Positions 1 through 12,340 of a DNA stretch of 64,000 nucleotides are shown one piece after another. Both the position numbers and the translations under genes were made by a program. Below the pieces are notes generated by a model, which was not told the DNA's origin, made no database searches, and worked only from the letters and a program-made list of their open reading frames with translations. Positions within the stretch are counted from its first letter, which is position 1. Each line of letters begins with the position of its first letter. Source of the stretch: Octopus bimaculoides (Eukaryota). Location of the stretch: the NCBI RefSeq assembly GCF_001194135.2, contig NC_068998.1, positions 46,865,925 to 46,929,924 on the forward strand. Direction: 5' to 3'.

Positions 1-103
1 AAGTATAAAGCGCTCCCTCTGAGAATTGTGCTGTTCATTCAAGGGTGTGTGGCAACGCGTATAAGTAATACGTACGTCACGTGAGATAGAGACCTCTATA
101 GGT

Positions 104-138
<35 letters not shown>

Positions 139-920
139 GTGTAATATGAAATATTGGTAATTATGTGTAGATGTTCAAGATAATGATGATGTTGAAGGTT
201 AATACATAACATTAAAAATCTATTTTTATGTCATTTTGATATGCTCGTATTTTGTAATAAATATATGTATTAGGCGTTGAACACGCACCTTGCACACATA
301 CATGCATATATACATACACACGCACACATACACTCTTACACACACACACACACACTCATACACACACCCATATACATGCATACACATTCGTGGATGCGTA
401 CAGACACGTATAAATACATACTTGTGTAAACGTGTGTGATTGTGTGTGTTTGTGTGTATGTGTGTCCACGCGCGTGTGTGTATGTTTGTGTGTGTGTGTA
501 TGTGTGTTTGTGTGTGTTGATGTAAACATAGACACATATGACTTTATGAATATGTTTTAATAAACAATTTCGAGTGAGATGTTTTTTAAGTGATGATAGT
601 GACCTCGAAGTTGGGCCAAATCAACCCTGAAATCAGTTTCAAATACCAGAAACGTCGTAGTCTCTATCATCTTTAATTGACAAATAGACATAAGTGTACA
701 CCCACCCGCACACACACATGAAACCGTGCAAACTTTGACAACGCACACTCTACGTGTTGACTTCCTCGTTTAACGAACCTGATAAAAAATCATATAAAAC
801 AAGAGATCGGCAAAATGAAACTTGAGAAATTCATGTATTCGATGTAACATACAAACGTCAAAACACAGTTACAGTGATATCTTTGAGTGAATCCCCTCTC
901 TTACCTATATATCTACCAAC

Positions 921-960
<40 letters not shown>

Positions 961-2384
961 NNNNNNNNNNNNNNNNNNNNNNNNNNNNNNNNNNNNNNNN
1001 NNNNNNNNNNNNNNNNNNNNNNNNNNNNNNNNNNNNNNNNNNNNNNNNNNNNNNNNNNNNNNNNNNNNNNNNNNNNNNNNNNNNNNNNNNNNNNNNNNNN
1101 NNNNNNNNNNNNNNNNNNNNNNNNNNNNNNNNNNNNNNNNNNNNNNNNNNNNNNNNNNNNNNNNNNNNNNNNNNNNNNNNNNNNNNNNNNNNNNNNNNNN
1201 NNNNNNNNNNNNNNNNNNNNNNNNNNNNNNNNNNNNNNNNNNNNNNNNNNNNNNNNNNNNNNNNNNNNNNNNNNNNNNNNNNNNNNNNNNNNNNNNNNNN
1301 NNNNNNNNNNNNNNNNNNNNNNNNNNNNNNNNNNNNNNNNNNNNNNNNNNNNNNNNNNNNNNNNNNNNNNNNNNNNNNNNNNNNNNNNNNNNNNNNNNNN
1401 NNNNNNNNNNNNNNNNNNNNNNNNNNNNNNNNNNNNNNNNNNNNNNNNNNNNNNNNNNNNNNNNNNNNNNNNNNNNNNNNNNNNNNNNNNNNNNNNNNNN
1501 NNNNNNNNNNNNNNNNNNNNNNNNNNNNNNNNNNNNNNNNNNNNNNNNNNNNNNNNNNNNNNNNNNNNNNNNNNNNNNNNNNNNNNNNNNNNNNNNNNNN
1601 NNNNNNNNNNNNNNNNNNNNNNNNNNNNNNNNNNNNNNNNNNNNNNNNNNNNNNNNNNNNNNNNNNNNNNNNNNNNNNNNNNNNNNNNNNNNNNNNNNNN
1701 NNNNNNNNNNNNNNNNNNNNNNNNNNNNNNNNNNNNNNNNNNNNNNNNNNNNNNNNNNNNNNNNNNNNNNATATACACATAAGCACACATTCACATATAT
1801 CTATCTTCTCTGAGGTTTACATATATACGTGTGTATGTGTGTGTTTGCGTGTGTGTGTGTGTGCCAACAATAAGGTACAAGCATATACACACATAAACAC
1901 ATTTATACAGTACGGGCATGTACTACACATGTTGACACAAACCACGCACACATACACACACACGCACATGCACAAACACACACATGCACACATTCAGACT
2001 CCCATACATAGGTACTATACATGTACATACACACCCATGGAGATATACGCACACACACACACACATACTCCGTACACATATACACATCCACATTGACTCA
2101 CATACATATTCACGCCCACACTGACACACATACAGGTACAAAATACATACACACATAGACATACACATATACGAAACACATACACAAGCATACAGATATA
2201 CGCGCACACACATACATACGCACACGCACACACACACATACACACAAACACACACACATACCAGACTCCATATTACTCCACAAACACATTAATGTTCTTA
2301 TACAAATACACATACACACACGTATATATTAATACGCACACATACTCATATACATATACATACGTATGCACACGTGTACACACC

Positions 2385-2515
2385 GACATTTCTTCCGGCT
2401 CTTTACGTTCTGAACTTGAATGCCGTCGAGGCTGACTTTGCCTTTCATCCTTCTGAGGTTAATAAAATAAGTTACTAGTCCAGTCCTGGACCCGATGAGA
2501 TCGAGTGACACCCTT
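2385..2515 (+). mobile_element. SINE family A, partial decayed copy
   Basis: TTACGTTCTGAACTTGAATGCCGTCGAGGCTGACTTTGCCTTTCATCC aligns to the other family A copies (e.g. 36248-36480). Confidence 0.75.
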
Positions 2516-2566
2516 TCAAGAAAAAAAAAAATCTGTTGATCTTGTGTCAAAATTTGAAACAATTTA

Positions 2567-2743
2567 AAGGCGGCGAACTGGACGGCCTGAGTTCAAATGC
2601 CGCCAAGGTTGACTTTGCATTTCATCCTCTCAGAAATGGATGAATAGGGTACCAATTGAGCACGGGAGGTGGGGCGATGTAATCAAGTAGCAACCTCCTC
2701 CAAAATTTCAGCGCTTGTGCCAGTAATAGAAAGGATTATTATT
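2567..2743 (+). mobile_element. SINE family A, internally deleted, (ATT)n tail
   Basis: AAGGCGGCGAACTGG head, GAGTTCAAATGCCGCC B-box-like motif, and 3' CTTGTGCC...GAAAGGATTATTATT. Confidence 0.85.
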
Positions 2744-3195
2744 GTTGAGTGAGAGAGAGCAGTGCATGCCATCAAAATGACACTGGGGTAAGATATATGA
2801 AGCCAAGTATACCCATAATTACTACCTGTCTGATAAGGTACACCAGGCACATGCATCACAACCATATATCTGTGACATGGTGATCTCATATCAAGATAAA
2901 CAGCACGTGACCTTGCAGGTGGGGCCCAGTTAGAATTTTCTTCAGGTTGTGTAGCCCATCCCACTCAAAAGGTCACTGAATACGGGTTGTTAAAGGATGT
3001 TGAACGAAACACCCATGTTTCCAAAGGTGAATTATTCAAACCCCAAAGAATTCCTCTCAACACATGGCTGTGATGCTCCCTCCACTACTTCTGCTCATGA
3101 TCAGAGATGCACATATCGTCAGCCACTAAGGGACATGCTCAACTGGTTCAGGTCAAACAACTGACGAGCAAATCTGTGGTATTAAGCAGAATATT
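2744..3195 (-). mobile_element. Retroposon family E (SINE or LINE 3' UTR), (AAT)n-tailed
   Basis: Aligns to 17283-17540. Minus-strand 3' end reads TTTGATGGCATGCACTGCTCTCTCTCACTCAACAATAAT, also seen at 53451 and 53667. Confidence 0.85.
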
Positions 3196-4069
3196 TGCTT
3201 TAGCCTATCTTTTTATACCAAGACAAAACAATGTATATGATAGCACTTCCATTCAATTAAGATCAAAAGCCACGAGAGTCACTGTCTGGTACTGCGTCAG
3301 GGCGTTTATTATTATTATTATTATTAGTAGTAGTAGTAGTAGCAGTAGTAGTAGAAGCAGTTGTCGTGGTAGTGGTGGTGGTGGTTATGGTGGTGGTGTT
3401 GATGGTATATATGGTTGTTGTTACGCAACCTATGGCTGTCAATGTTCTGAGAAAGAAATATGTAAAATGGTATATTTTTAACCAAAATTTCTACATTTAC
3501 CTTTGATACTGGCATCCCCCCCCCACACATGAATATATATGTATATATGAGTGTGCGTATATATATANNNNNNNNNNTATATATATTGCTTTATATATGT
3601 TTATATATGTACACACATACACAGAGTTCAGAGTTCTCGACTGGAAGCATTGCTGCTGGTTCATGTGCTAATACTTAATCATTCGCGCTTTAACGATCAT
3701 AGCTCTTCATCAAACTTCGTGTTTTCACGTCCCCATCGCTAAACTGAGTAGATTGGGTGAGTGAGTAGAGAGCGACCAACCACTAAGCTTAAAAGTCAAT
3801 AATTGTTTTGGTATTTGACTTATCCTGCCAAGAAAGAAACACCATTAAAATGTAAAAACAAGATGGTTGTTACAAGTATGACACAGCATAATACTTTTGC
3901 TCGGCAACATTAACATGCCGTGGAAATATCAAAACCACGGGCCTGGATTGCGGCGATGAACTACGTTTGGAAGTGGATTACTACCCTTCACCTCTGTATA
4001 ACACCGCACAGAGGAATTGGAGATGTAGATATATATTTAGATTGTCTGATCAGTAAAGTTATATAGATG

Positions 4070-4070
<1 letters not shown>

Positions 4071-4120
<50 letters not shown>
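4071..4120. repeat. (TCTA)n microsatellite
   Basis: Perfect tetranucleotide run. Confidence 0.95.
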
Positions 4121-4121
<1 letters not shown>

Positions 4122-4344
4122 GTGTTCAACCGTGTGTGGCTAATAAAGAAACATATCTATCTACTTATCGGTCCTAACTGTCTATGTATCGATAAAAGAT
4201 ACTCCAAAAGTCCGGAATATGGAGGCAGACTTCGTTAGGATGCCGAATACTAGCCCCACTTCTGCTCATCAAGGCAGAGAGAAATTGGACCCATGGAAAG
4301 TTAAACACGCAGAGTTAAATACACGCTTCAGTGGTTCTGAATAC

Positions 4345-4580
4345 CTTACCTCATACCATCCATCCACCACTCCTTTGATGGTGATGGGGGTAGAGTTCTT
4401 AGGTACTTACTTCCTTCATAGGCTCCTATCAGAAGCAATCGTCATTACACTTTTCGGCTGGATCCCCGAAAGTGACCAACTGAGACTACGAACGTTATCC
4501 ACCCATTTCGTTCTTGCTCCACCCCTAGGTCTCCTACCAGTTGGCTCGATTTGAAGAATATGTCTTGTAATTTTTTCCTA
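4345..4580 (-). mobile_element. RTE-clade LINE, 3' end of ORF (pseudogenised)
   Basis: Minus-strand translation from 4568: TRHILQIEPTGRRPRGGARTKWVDNVRSLSWSLSGIQPKSVMTIASDRSL*R. This matches the RTE C-terminal motif G-x-R-P-R-G-R-P-R-x-x-W-x-D...A-x-D-R-x-x-W-R, with the last Trp mutated to TGA. Confidence 0.8.
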
Positions 4581-5415
4581 TGATATTTTAGAAAATTTCA
4601 CCCATAAGTTACCCAGTTTATTTAAATAGAACACCAGTCGACCTGTCTGACAAATGGTTACAAACAGCGCTGTCTTAAGACGTCGGAGCACGATGCGGTT
4701 ACCTGGCGGGGCCTGATGAGTCTGGGGCTCCAATTCCGGTCTATATATATGGTAATACTATAGGCCCCAATACCTTGATATGCGCGGGGGCCTATAATGC
4801 CGCTCAGAGGGCCCTTGATATAAACTAAATAAGCATAAAGATCTAAGCCTACGACAAGGTTTTCAGTCGATTGTTGTTTCTTTGTTGTGTTGTATTGATT
4901 TTGTTTTAGTCAATGATTTCGCTATCTTAATGTGTCACTTTACCGTAAATCATTCCTAAATGCACCAAGCAACCTTGCCATACAAATGTGTGTGTGTGTG
5001 TGTGCATAATTATATGCATATATATATATATATNNNNNNNNNNNNNNNNNNNNNNNNNNNNNNNNNNNNNNNNNNNNNNNNNNNNNNNNNNNNNNNNNNN
5101 NNNNNNNNNNNNNNNNNNNNNNNNNNNNNNNNNNNNNNNNNNNNNNNNNNNNNNNNNNNNNNNNNNNNNNNNNNNNNNNNNNNNNNNNNNNNNNNNNNNN
5201 NNNNNNNNNNNNNNNNNNNNNNNNNNNNNNNNNNNNNNNNNNNNNNNNNNNNNNNNNNNNNNNNNNNNNNNNNNNNNNNNNNNNNNNNNNNNNNNNNNNN
5301 NNNNNNNNNNNNNNNNNNNNNNNCTTGCAAGCGATTTTGCAAGCTCGCAGCCTTCTACTGATAACATACGTTTATATATAGTTTTACACTGACCAGCGTT
5401 TAAATACGCACGACT

Positions 5416-5468
<53 letters not shown>

Positions 5469-6225
5469 CACATACACACACACACGCATACACAGAAAGA
5501 GGCTGACAGATTGAAAACATTATCACACTGTCACTCACATACACGCAAGTTTGTGCACAGTGCGCATGTCAAAACACCAACGATCGTAAATGACCACCAC
5601 CACCACTACCACTACCACCACCAGTAACATTACTACCGCTACCACCACCACCGCCACTTAAACACTGTAATATAATCACACACACATACACAAACATATA
5701 CACGCGCACACACACACGTACACACACACATACAAGCCTTTCTTCAGGTAGTGTTACAAGACAAGACATCATTCTGTCGTCGAGATACAGACTGACAAGT
5801 TCAACACAGCTATCAGGGCGGTGAAACTGTAACGCGGCAGAACAAATACCATTAGGTATTTTGTTCAACGCTTTAACAAGTTCAACTAACCAACAAACAA
5901 CCAACTCATCAGCCAGGGATAATAACTAATTTATAAACCTCGGAAATACAAAAGCCAAAAGTTGATTAACTTTAACACGGGTTTGAACCTAGAACATAAT
6001 GACAATATACCTCATGGTATTTTGTCTTCCCCTCAAACCAACTCGCCAATCGTCAACTTAAAAATCATACACATACGTTCTCATTTACATACATTTCACA
6101 GCCGTGTCACATTAACAGTTCTTAGTCATCTTATAATTTTCTTGATTACTAATCAAATTATATTATTAAATGATTTAATTAACTTCTATCATTGTTTTCT
6201 TTTCCCTATTCTTTTCCACTTCAAG

Positions 6226-6297
6226 TACCTTTGTGGGAAAAACGGATTACTTTTACCTGCTATCTTTTGATGTAATCGACAATAAACGTGGTCAAAG
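6226..6297 (+). CDS. Candidate internal exon, 72 nt, phase 2-2 (TFVGKTDYFYLLSFDVIDNKRGQ)
   Basis: Polypyrimidine tract ending ttcaag|, donor AAG|GTAAGT, open in the frame shown. No homology confirmed. Confidence 0.3.
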
Positions 6298-6311
6298 GTA
6301 AGTTGTATACT

Positions 6312-6375
6312 TGTCTATCTATCTATATATCTATCTATCTATCTATCTATATATCTATCTATCTATCTATATATA

Positions 6376-6439
<64 letters not shown>

Positions 6440-6745
6440 GACCTACCTATAGCTTTCTGTCTGTCTATCATGTTTACTTATCTACCTACAGCTGTTTGTC
6501 TATAGGTGTCTCAAACTACAGCTGTTGTATACAGGTGCCTCTAACTACTCACCTACATATCTACTGCTGTCTGTCCATCCATCCATCCATCCATCCATCC
6601 ATCCATCCATCCATCCATCCATCCATCCATCCATCCATCCATCCATCTATCTATCTACAGCTGTTTGTCTATTTCTGTCTACTTATCTGTCTTATACAGC
6701 TGTGTGTTTGCTTATCTGTCTATCGATCAGTTTATCTACCAACAC

Positions 6746-6806
<61 letters not shown>

Positions 6807-6810
6807 CTTG
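6312..6810. repeat. Compound (TCTA)n/(CCAT)n microsatellite block
   Basis: Runs at 6312-6440, 6571-6655 and 6745-6805. Confidence 0.9.
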
Positions 6811-7009
6811 TCTATTCCAATAACCACGGATAGTTATCTATTGTGTTCGCTTGAGAGTGGGTACTACTATTACACTAACTGTTTTACGTTTCTCTATAGT
6901 TGTGATCAGGCATATACCCTTCACAGCCGTCCCACATTTAATTTAGTGGAACATGCAGGCTGTGGCAAATGCATAGAGAGGGCTGCATCCGTAATTGGCA
7001 TCTGCGCAC

Positions 7010-7060
7010 TTCACCCGAGTAGAATGGAACAACTTGAATAAGGTGCCTTGTTCAAGAACA
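7010..7060 (-). mobile_element. SINE family D fragment
   Basis: GGAACAACTTGAATAAGGTGCCTTGTTCAAGAACACAA is the reverse complement of the post-B-box core at 10990-11030 and 23830-23860. Confidence 0.5.
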
Positions 7061-8497
7061 CAATACACTATTCTTGTACATACATACAAACATTAAAGGA
7101 TTGGTCGCTGTTTAGTTACGTATTTAGGAGGTGGTTATAGATTTACTTATTGAATTTATTTACCGATACTGTTGTACATAGGGTAAATATGTGTGAAAGT
7201 TGTGGTTTCTTTGGTATGTTTATTCCCAAACAACACTTATTTTAGTGCTGTTGACACCATCGGATTGAATGGTACTGCTCAGGTGTCGAAACCATAATGA
7301 TATTCATGGGGCAGCACACATATATTTTTCATAATGTTAAAGATAGACAATGTGTCTTTAGCTCACAAACACTCACACACATAAGTTTTTTTTTTATTGC
7401 TAATAATTTGGCCCATTCAACAGCTGCTGAATGAGTTTGAACTGGCAAGTTTCCTTGCGAATTAGCAATTCATTTCATTGTCTCTCCTTAATCTGTAACA
7501 GATGGTTAATTATAACACTGTAAACATGTGTACCAAGGTACATAGTGGACAAGGTGCATATACAAGGTACATAGTGGACAATGAGATATAAAATATCGGG
7601 GCACTAAAATAGGGTGGGTTAAAGACAGAAACCTATTTAGAGCTCTCACTGGCCCCAGCTGGGACGAATTTTTGTCTATCTCTAACAGTTATTGTGTTTT
7701 TACACAGTAACTCAAAAAACCGATCGTGATTCGCTAAAATATTTCCAACGTCATCTAAAAACCTAACCATTCAAGACTTCGTGTGGAACCGGATCTAACA
7801 ATTTCGTATTTGGCGCGCTTTTATCGAACCAAGACCATTGCTATATATTCAGTGCTTTTTAGCCACTGAGAACAGACGACGGGCGGCAGACATCGGACCG
7901 GACACATGTAACAGCAACTAGCAGACAATAGAACTGGCAGCAGGCCCTGAATGCTGTTACAACACAAAGACAATCGACAACGGCGGCGGCAGCAATACGC
8001 CGTGAACAGCTAACATCAAGAAAGTCATGAACGCAAATTCAATCATTTCTAGTCCAAGAACAATAAACTTCGCTCTGTCTCGATGCTTGTTGTTGGCAGC
8101 TACAACATCTTTATTTACGACAAAAATAAATATATTTCATTGAAGATTTCAAACAGATTTCTCTCTTCTATATCGTAACACAGATATGACATCAATTTAG
8201 CAATTTAACCCACATATCTGTCATATATACGACTATTTAGCTCCCACAGCAGTCTTATGTTCGACAGTAATCCAGCGATGTTGCTCACGTATCGATCAGA
8301 TACCCAACAACAAATCCGGTTCACTTCTCATCCCCAGCCTTATAGCAATCATTAAAACCCAACAGACATACAACCAGCTTTATGACTACACTACGACAGC
8401 TTAATTCAAATTACACTCGCCATACATCTTTCGCTTTACTTTCTTTCGCTTTTTCTTGATTTTTGTACAAAGCTAAAACAACTTTCGCATGGGTTTC

Positions 8498-9129
8498 CGG
8501 AGTGGCTGTGAGCTATGAAGTTTGCTTCCCAGGCACATGATTGCGGTTTCAGTCCTACTTGGATAATGATGCCTTGGGTAAGCATCGGATGTACCAAGAC
8601 TTGTAAGTGGATTTGGTAGACAGAAAGTGTAAGAAGCCCGTCGTAGATACATATATATGTGTTTGTGTTTGTATACGTTTGTGTGTGTGCGTTTATGTGT
8701 GTATTAGTTTGTGTGTGTTTTTTTGTTTGTGTGTGTTTGTGTGTGCGCGTCTCTTTGTGTATGTGCTTGTGAGTGCGTGCGGATGTCTGTTTGTTTGTAT
8801 GTGTCTTAGCATGGTTTTGTTTGTACTTGTGTATTTGTTTGTGTGTGTATGTGTGTGTGTGTGTGCTTGTGTGTGCGTGCGGGGTGTGTGTTTGTTTGTG
8901 AGTGTGTCTGTAAGTTTGTGTGTCTTTGATTGCGTATATGTGAGTGTGTTTGTTCCCCACCATCGCTCAACAATCAGCGTTGCTTACAAAAAAAAAAAGA
9001 GCCTTTAAAACACGTACCAAGCTTTAAAAAAATGAGTCCTGGGGTCGACTCGTTCGACTAAAAGTCTAAAAAGCGGTGCCCCAGCATGGCTGCAGTCTAA
9101 TGACTGAAACAAGTAAGAGCATAAAAGCA
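8498..9129 (+). mobile_element. SINE family B, full length, with expanded internal (TG)-rich microsatellite
   Basis: Head GGAGTGGCTGTG...GGTTTCAGTCC, then GGATTTGGTAGACAGAAA..AAGAAGCCCGTCG, about 300 bp of TG repeat, and tail GCGGTGCCCCAGCATGGCTGCAGTC..GACTGAAACAAG. Confidence 0.85.
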
Positions 9130-9540
9130 TGTTACACGAACACTGATACACGAATGAGACCACAGCTTTCGGTCACAAGCTGTTTGCAGCTTTTGCATCT
9201 GCTTGAAGCCATTTTGCAACCTTCGCAGTAATTGCAACCACAAGACAGTTCTGCAGCAAACACAGTGATAGTTACACATCCTTCGTTATTTATTGCAACA
9301 AAATTATAATCTTTACAGCGAAAGAAACTTCATTTTCTGATAGTCTTAATATAAGACACGTATTTAAGCGAACCGATACCTAAAGCAGTAAATCATTTCC
9401 GCAGTTTCCATAATAACTGTGTCTATTTTATTTCCTTTTACGTGCCGCTTTAAAAAGCAGAACCGCCATTCACGTTCTCGAATCATTTAATGAACATTGA
9501 TATTAGTTTATACGATATCAACTTCAGGTTTATATTAGAA

Positions 9541-9783
9541 GGACTGCTACTTTATAAAGCAGAAGAACTGCTGGTTTTGTTGATTTATATAGCAGGTGAA
9601 TTGCTGGTTTATATAACAGATGGGCTGATTATTTATATATCATATGAACTGCTGATTTATATAACATATGAAAAGGTGGTTTATATTATTAACTGTTGTT
9701 GTGTATATGAGCTACTGGTTCATATAACATACGAATTATTGGCTTATATAACACAAGGTCTGATGGTATGTATAACACAATAA
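9541..9783 (+). repeat. Degenerate 24 bp minisatellite (consensus about GAACTGCTGGTTTATATAACATAT)
   Basis: About 9 diverged units; translates as an ELLVYITY-like octapeptide repeat in ORF 9490-9783. Confidence 0.75.
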
Positions 9784-9967
9784 CGCGTTGGTTTCGTAGT
9801 ATTTAGAACTATTAATGCTATAATTCTGCCACATCTATAGAACGAATATATAGCTTTAAACTACAGATGGGAGGAAAAAGTAGAAATAAACTCTTGCATA
9901 TAAGAAAATATAATTAATATATATCTTCTCTGTGCATCCATCTACAACAGTTTCTTTACTCCAACAT

Positions 9968-10142
9968 TTCTCCCGGCTTTATATTCAGAATTCAAATTCC
10001 GCCGAAATTACCTTTGCCTTTTATCTCTTCGAGGGCGAGGAAAGAGGAACCAGTTGAGCACCGGAGACAATGTTACCGACTAGACCACATATCCCACCTC
10101 TACAAAGTTTCAGGTCTTGTGCCAATAGTAGAAAGAGTTATT
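9968..10142 (+). mobile_element. SINE family A, decayed
   Basis: GAATTCAAATTCCGCCGAAATTACCTTTGCC...GGTCTTGTGCCAATAGTAGAAAGAG. Confidence 0.75.
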
Positions 10143-10908
10143 TGAAGATATTGGTACTAGGATTAACTAGGAGGCGGTGGCTTAACTGACTTTGCTAGCG
10201 ATGATGTTGACGGATTTCAACATTTTGATAAAATTTAAACACTGTAGTATGTTTTTTTTTTTTTGCTTATAATATACGACTCTGCTAGTTTGTTGTATTA
10301 TATATAAATTAGAGATTTTATTGTCATTTGTAACGTTTTACAGCTGCTGGTATATTTGCGCTGTAAGTCACTGTATTTCATGTCTGATCTCCTTGCATCA
10401 TGTACAATGATACGACTTACTTAGTTGCTGGAAAATGTTTACTGTTACAGCTAAGATATATTTATTGTTTTCTCTTGGTGTATTTTATTAGGACATTCAT
10501 GGAAATCTTCAATGTCAATGACTCTCTCTAGTTTGTACTAACAACGGATATATCAATATTTTCATTTGTAACTTTATACAATATTTTTCTGCTGTAACTG
10601 AGCTACTTTTTGCTTTCTCGTTGTTGTTGTTGTTGCTTTTCTTTTTCATCTCAGGTTCTGTTGTAACTCCTGGAGTCTTGCATGCGTAACGGGCTTGTTG
10701 CCTGCAGCCTACGGTACCATGCTATATTTTCTTTTCAACTGTCTAATACTTACCTGATTATTCTGGCCGTGCCAAGGAGGTAAACCTAAATCATCATCAT
10801 CATTATTCTCCATAAAATAAATGCAAATTGTCTACTAATGTCGATTAATAACTTTATTGTTACCTCTTTCTTGTATTCACATTCAAGTTACTTATATAGA
10901 AAATTAGA

Positions 10909-11130
10909 TGGCACGTGGACTTGTGGTTAGGGTGTTGCACTGTCGATTGCTTGATCGTAGGTTCAATTCCTGGACCGAGCATACGCTGAGCTCTTGTGCA
11001 AAACACTTCATTTTTCGTTGCTCCAGTCCATTCACCTGTAAATGAGTAATCCTGCGACAGATTAGCGTTCCGATTAGAGGGAATGCTTGCCTGCACGCCT
11101 AACTATCCGATAGTCTAGTCGATCAAATGA
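10909..11130 (+). mobile_element. tRNA-derived SINE family D
   Basis: A-box-like TGGCACGTGGACTTGTGGTTAG, B box GGTTCAATTCC at 10960-10970, and core CACTTCATTTTTCGTTGCTCCAGTCC. Confidence 0.8.
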
Positions 11131-11769
11131 TCACGCGATATAGAAAATAATTAAAATAAACCTCACGACTTTAGTTTCATGCCAGTGCGATGATCATGCG
11201 AGAACTGTTGGTCTTTCTACATGTATCCATTTTACTCACATTGCAATAGATTCTTTTTTCCTTCTTTATCTGATGTTTTAGAATGTTTTTGAAATATTAT
11301 TTTGCTATTTGTTCTGTTGTCTTTTGGGGTCGTTGTTTGTGTGTCGTTCAAGTTGGTTAGTTGTCGATATTATTTTGTTTTATTTATTTTCGGACGTGAC
11401 TAAGGTTTCCGTCGAATCTTTTACCCACCCGATGAAAGTACTATATATTCATTGATCAGTTGTACCGTTCTTATTTTTATGCGGTTTTGAATTTTATCGT
11501 ATATTGGGATGCAATCGCTGTTTTACTTCTGATAACCTAATGTTTTCGGTCACAGTTGATTTGTTTTATATTCTGTATATCTGTTTATTCTTGCTTAAAA
11601 TCGAATTTATTTTTCTCATTTCTGATTTTATTTCACTATGGTCCGTTGGTTACTAGTGACAGTATCACCGATGTCCTGTTCACGTCGCCTGATTTCAGCT
11701 CTCATTTATTCTCTCTAGCTATTTTGCAAATTGCTTTTTTTTTTTTGCTTCTTTTTTCATTTCTTATAG

Positions 11770-11816
11770 TTCATTGGTTATTATTTACGGTGCGGAGGTC
11801 TTGTATCCTGCCATTG
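11770..11816 (+). CDS. Candidate internal exon, 47 nt (SLVIIYGAEVLYPAI if phase 2-1)
   Basis: Very strong acceptor (ttttttcatttcttatag|) and donor TTG|GTGAGA. All three frames are open, so the frame is inferred from the neighbouring candidates. Confidence 0.3.
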
Positions 11817-12090
11817 GTGAGATATGCTCTCAGGTTGTGAAATTATTTCTCTGTATGTTTGTGCGAACACACAGACACACACATACACACACGCACACAC
11901 GCGCAAGAACTGACATACTGCCACGCATAACGCGGAGAAACAGTTACACAAATATATAACCTTGCGCATGTTTATGTGTCCATTGAAGCATACATGAGCA
12001 TGTATTCAAATGTGAAGGCTGGCTATAAGGGAATAAAGGAAGAAATAGAAAGAGAATATTAAGAACCAAAAGGAAAGAGTATATTCTCCC

Positions 12091-12122
<32 letters not shown>

Positions 12123-12159
12123 TTCTTCTTCTTCTAATTATGCTAATTCTGTTTCTTCT

Positions 12160-12301
12160 ATGTGGTTTCGGGTTCAGTCCCACTACGTGGCACCTTCACC
12201 AAGTGTGTCTTCTACTATAGCCTCGGGCCGACCAAAACCTTATGAGTGGATTTGGTAGACGGAAACTGAAAGAAGCCCGTCGTATTTATATATATATGTG
12301 T

Positions 12302-12340
<39 letters not shown>

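Noticed and set aside
4595-4625. Resemblance to the 14-mer (AAGTTACCCAGTTTA)
   Set aside because: A single imperfect match with none of the 104 bp arm sequence.
4714-4740. CTGATGAG motif as a hammerhead
   Set aside because: No GAAA after the helix, and helix II does not close correctly.
7534-7581. 19 bp direct repeat CAAGGTACATAGTGGACAA, twice
   Set aside because: Simple local tandem duplication with only 10 nt between copies; no enclosed element.
10909-10975. tRNA gene
   Set aside because: A and B boxes are present but there is no closed cloverleaf, and it continues into SINE core sequence; the same holds at 12579 and 23762.
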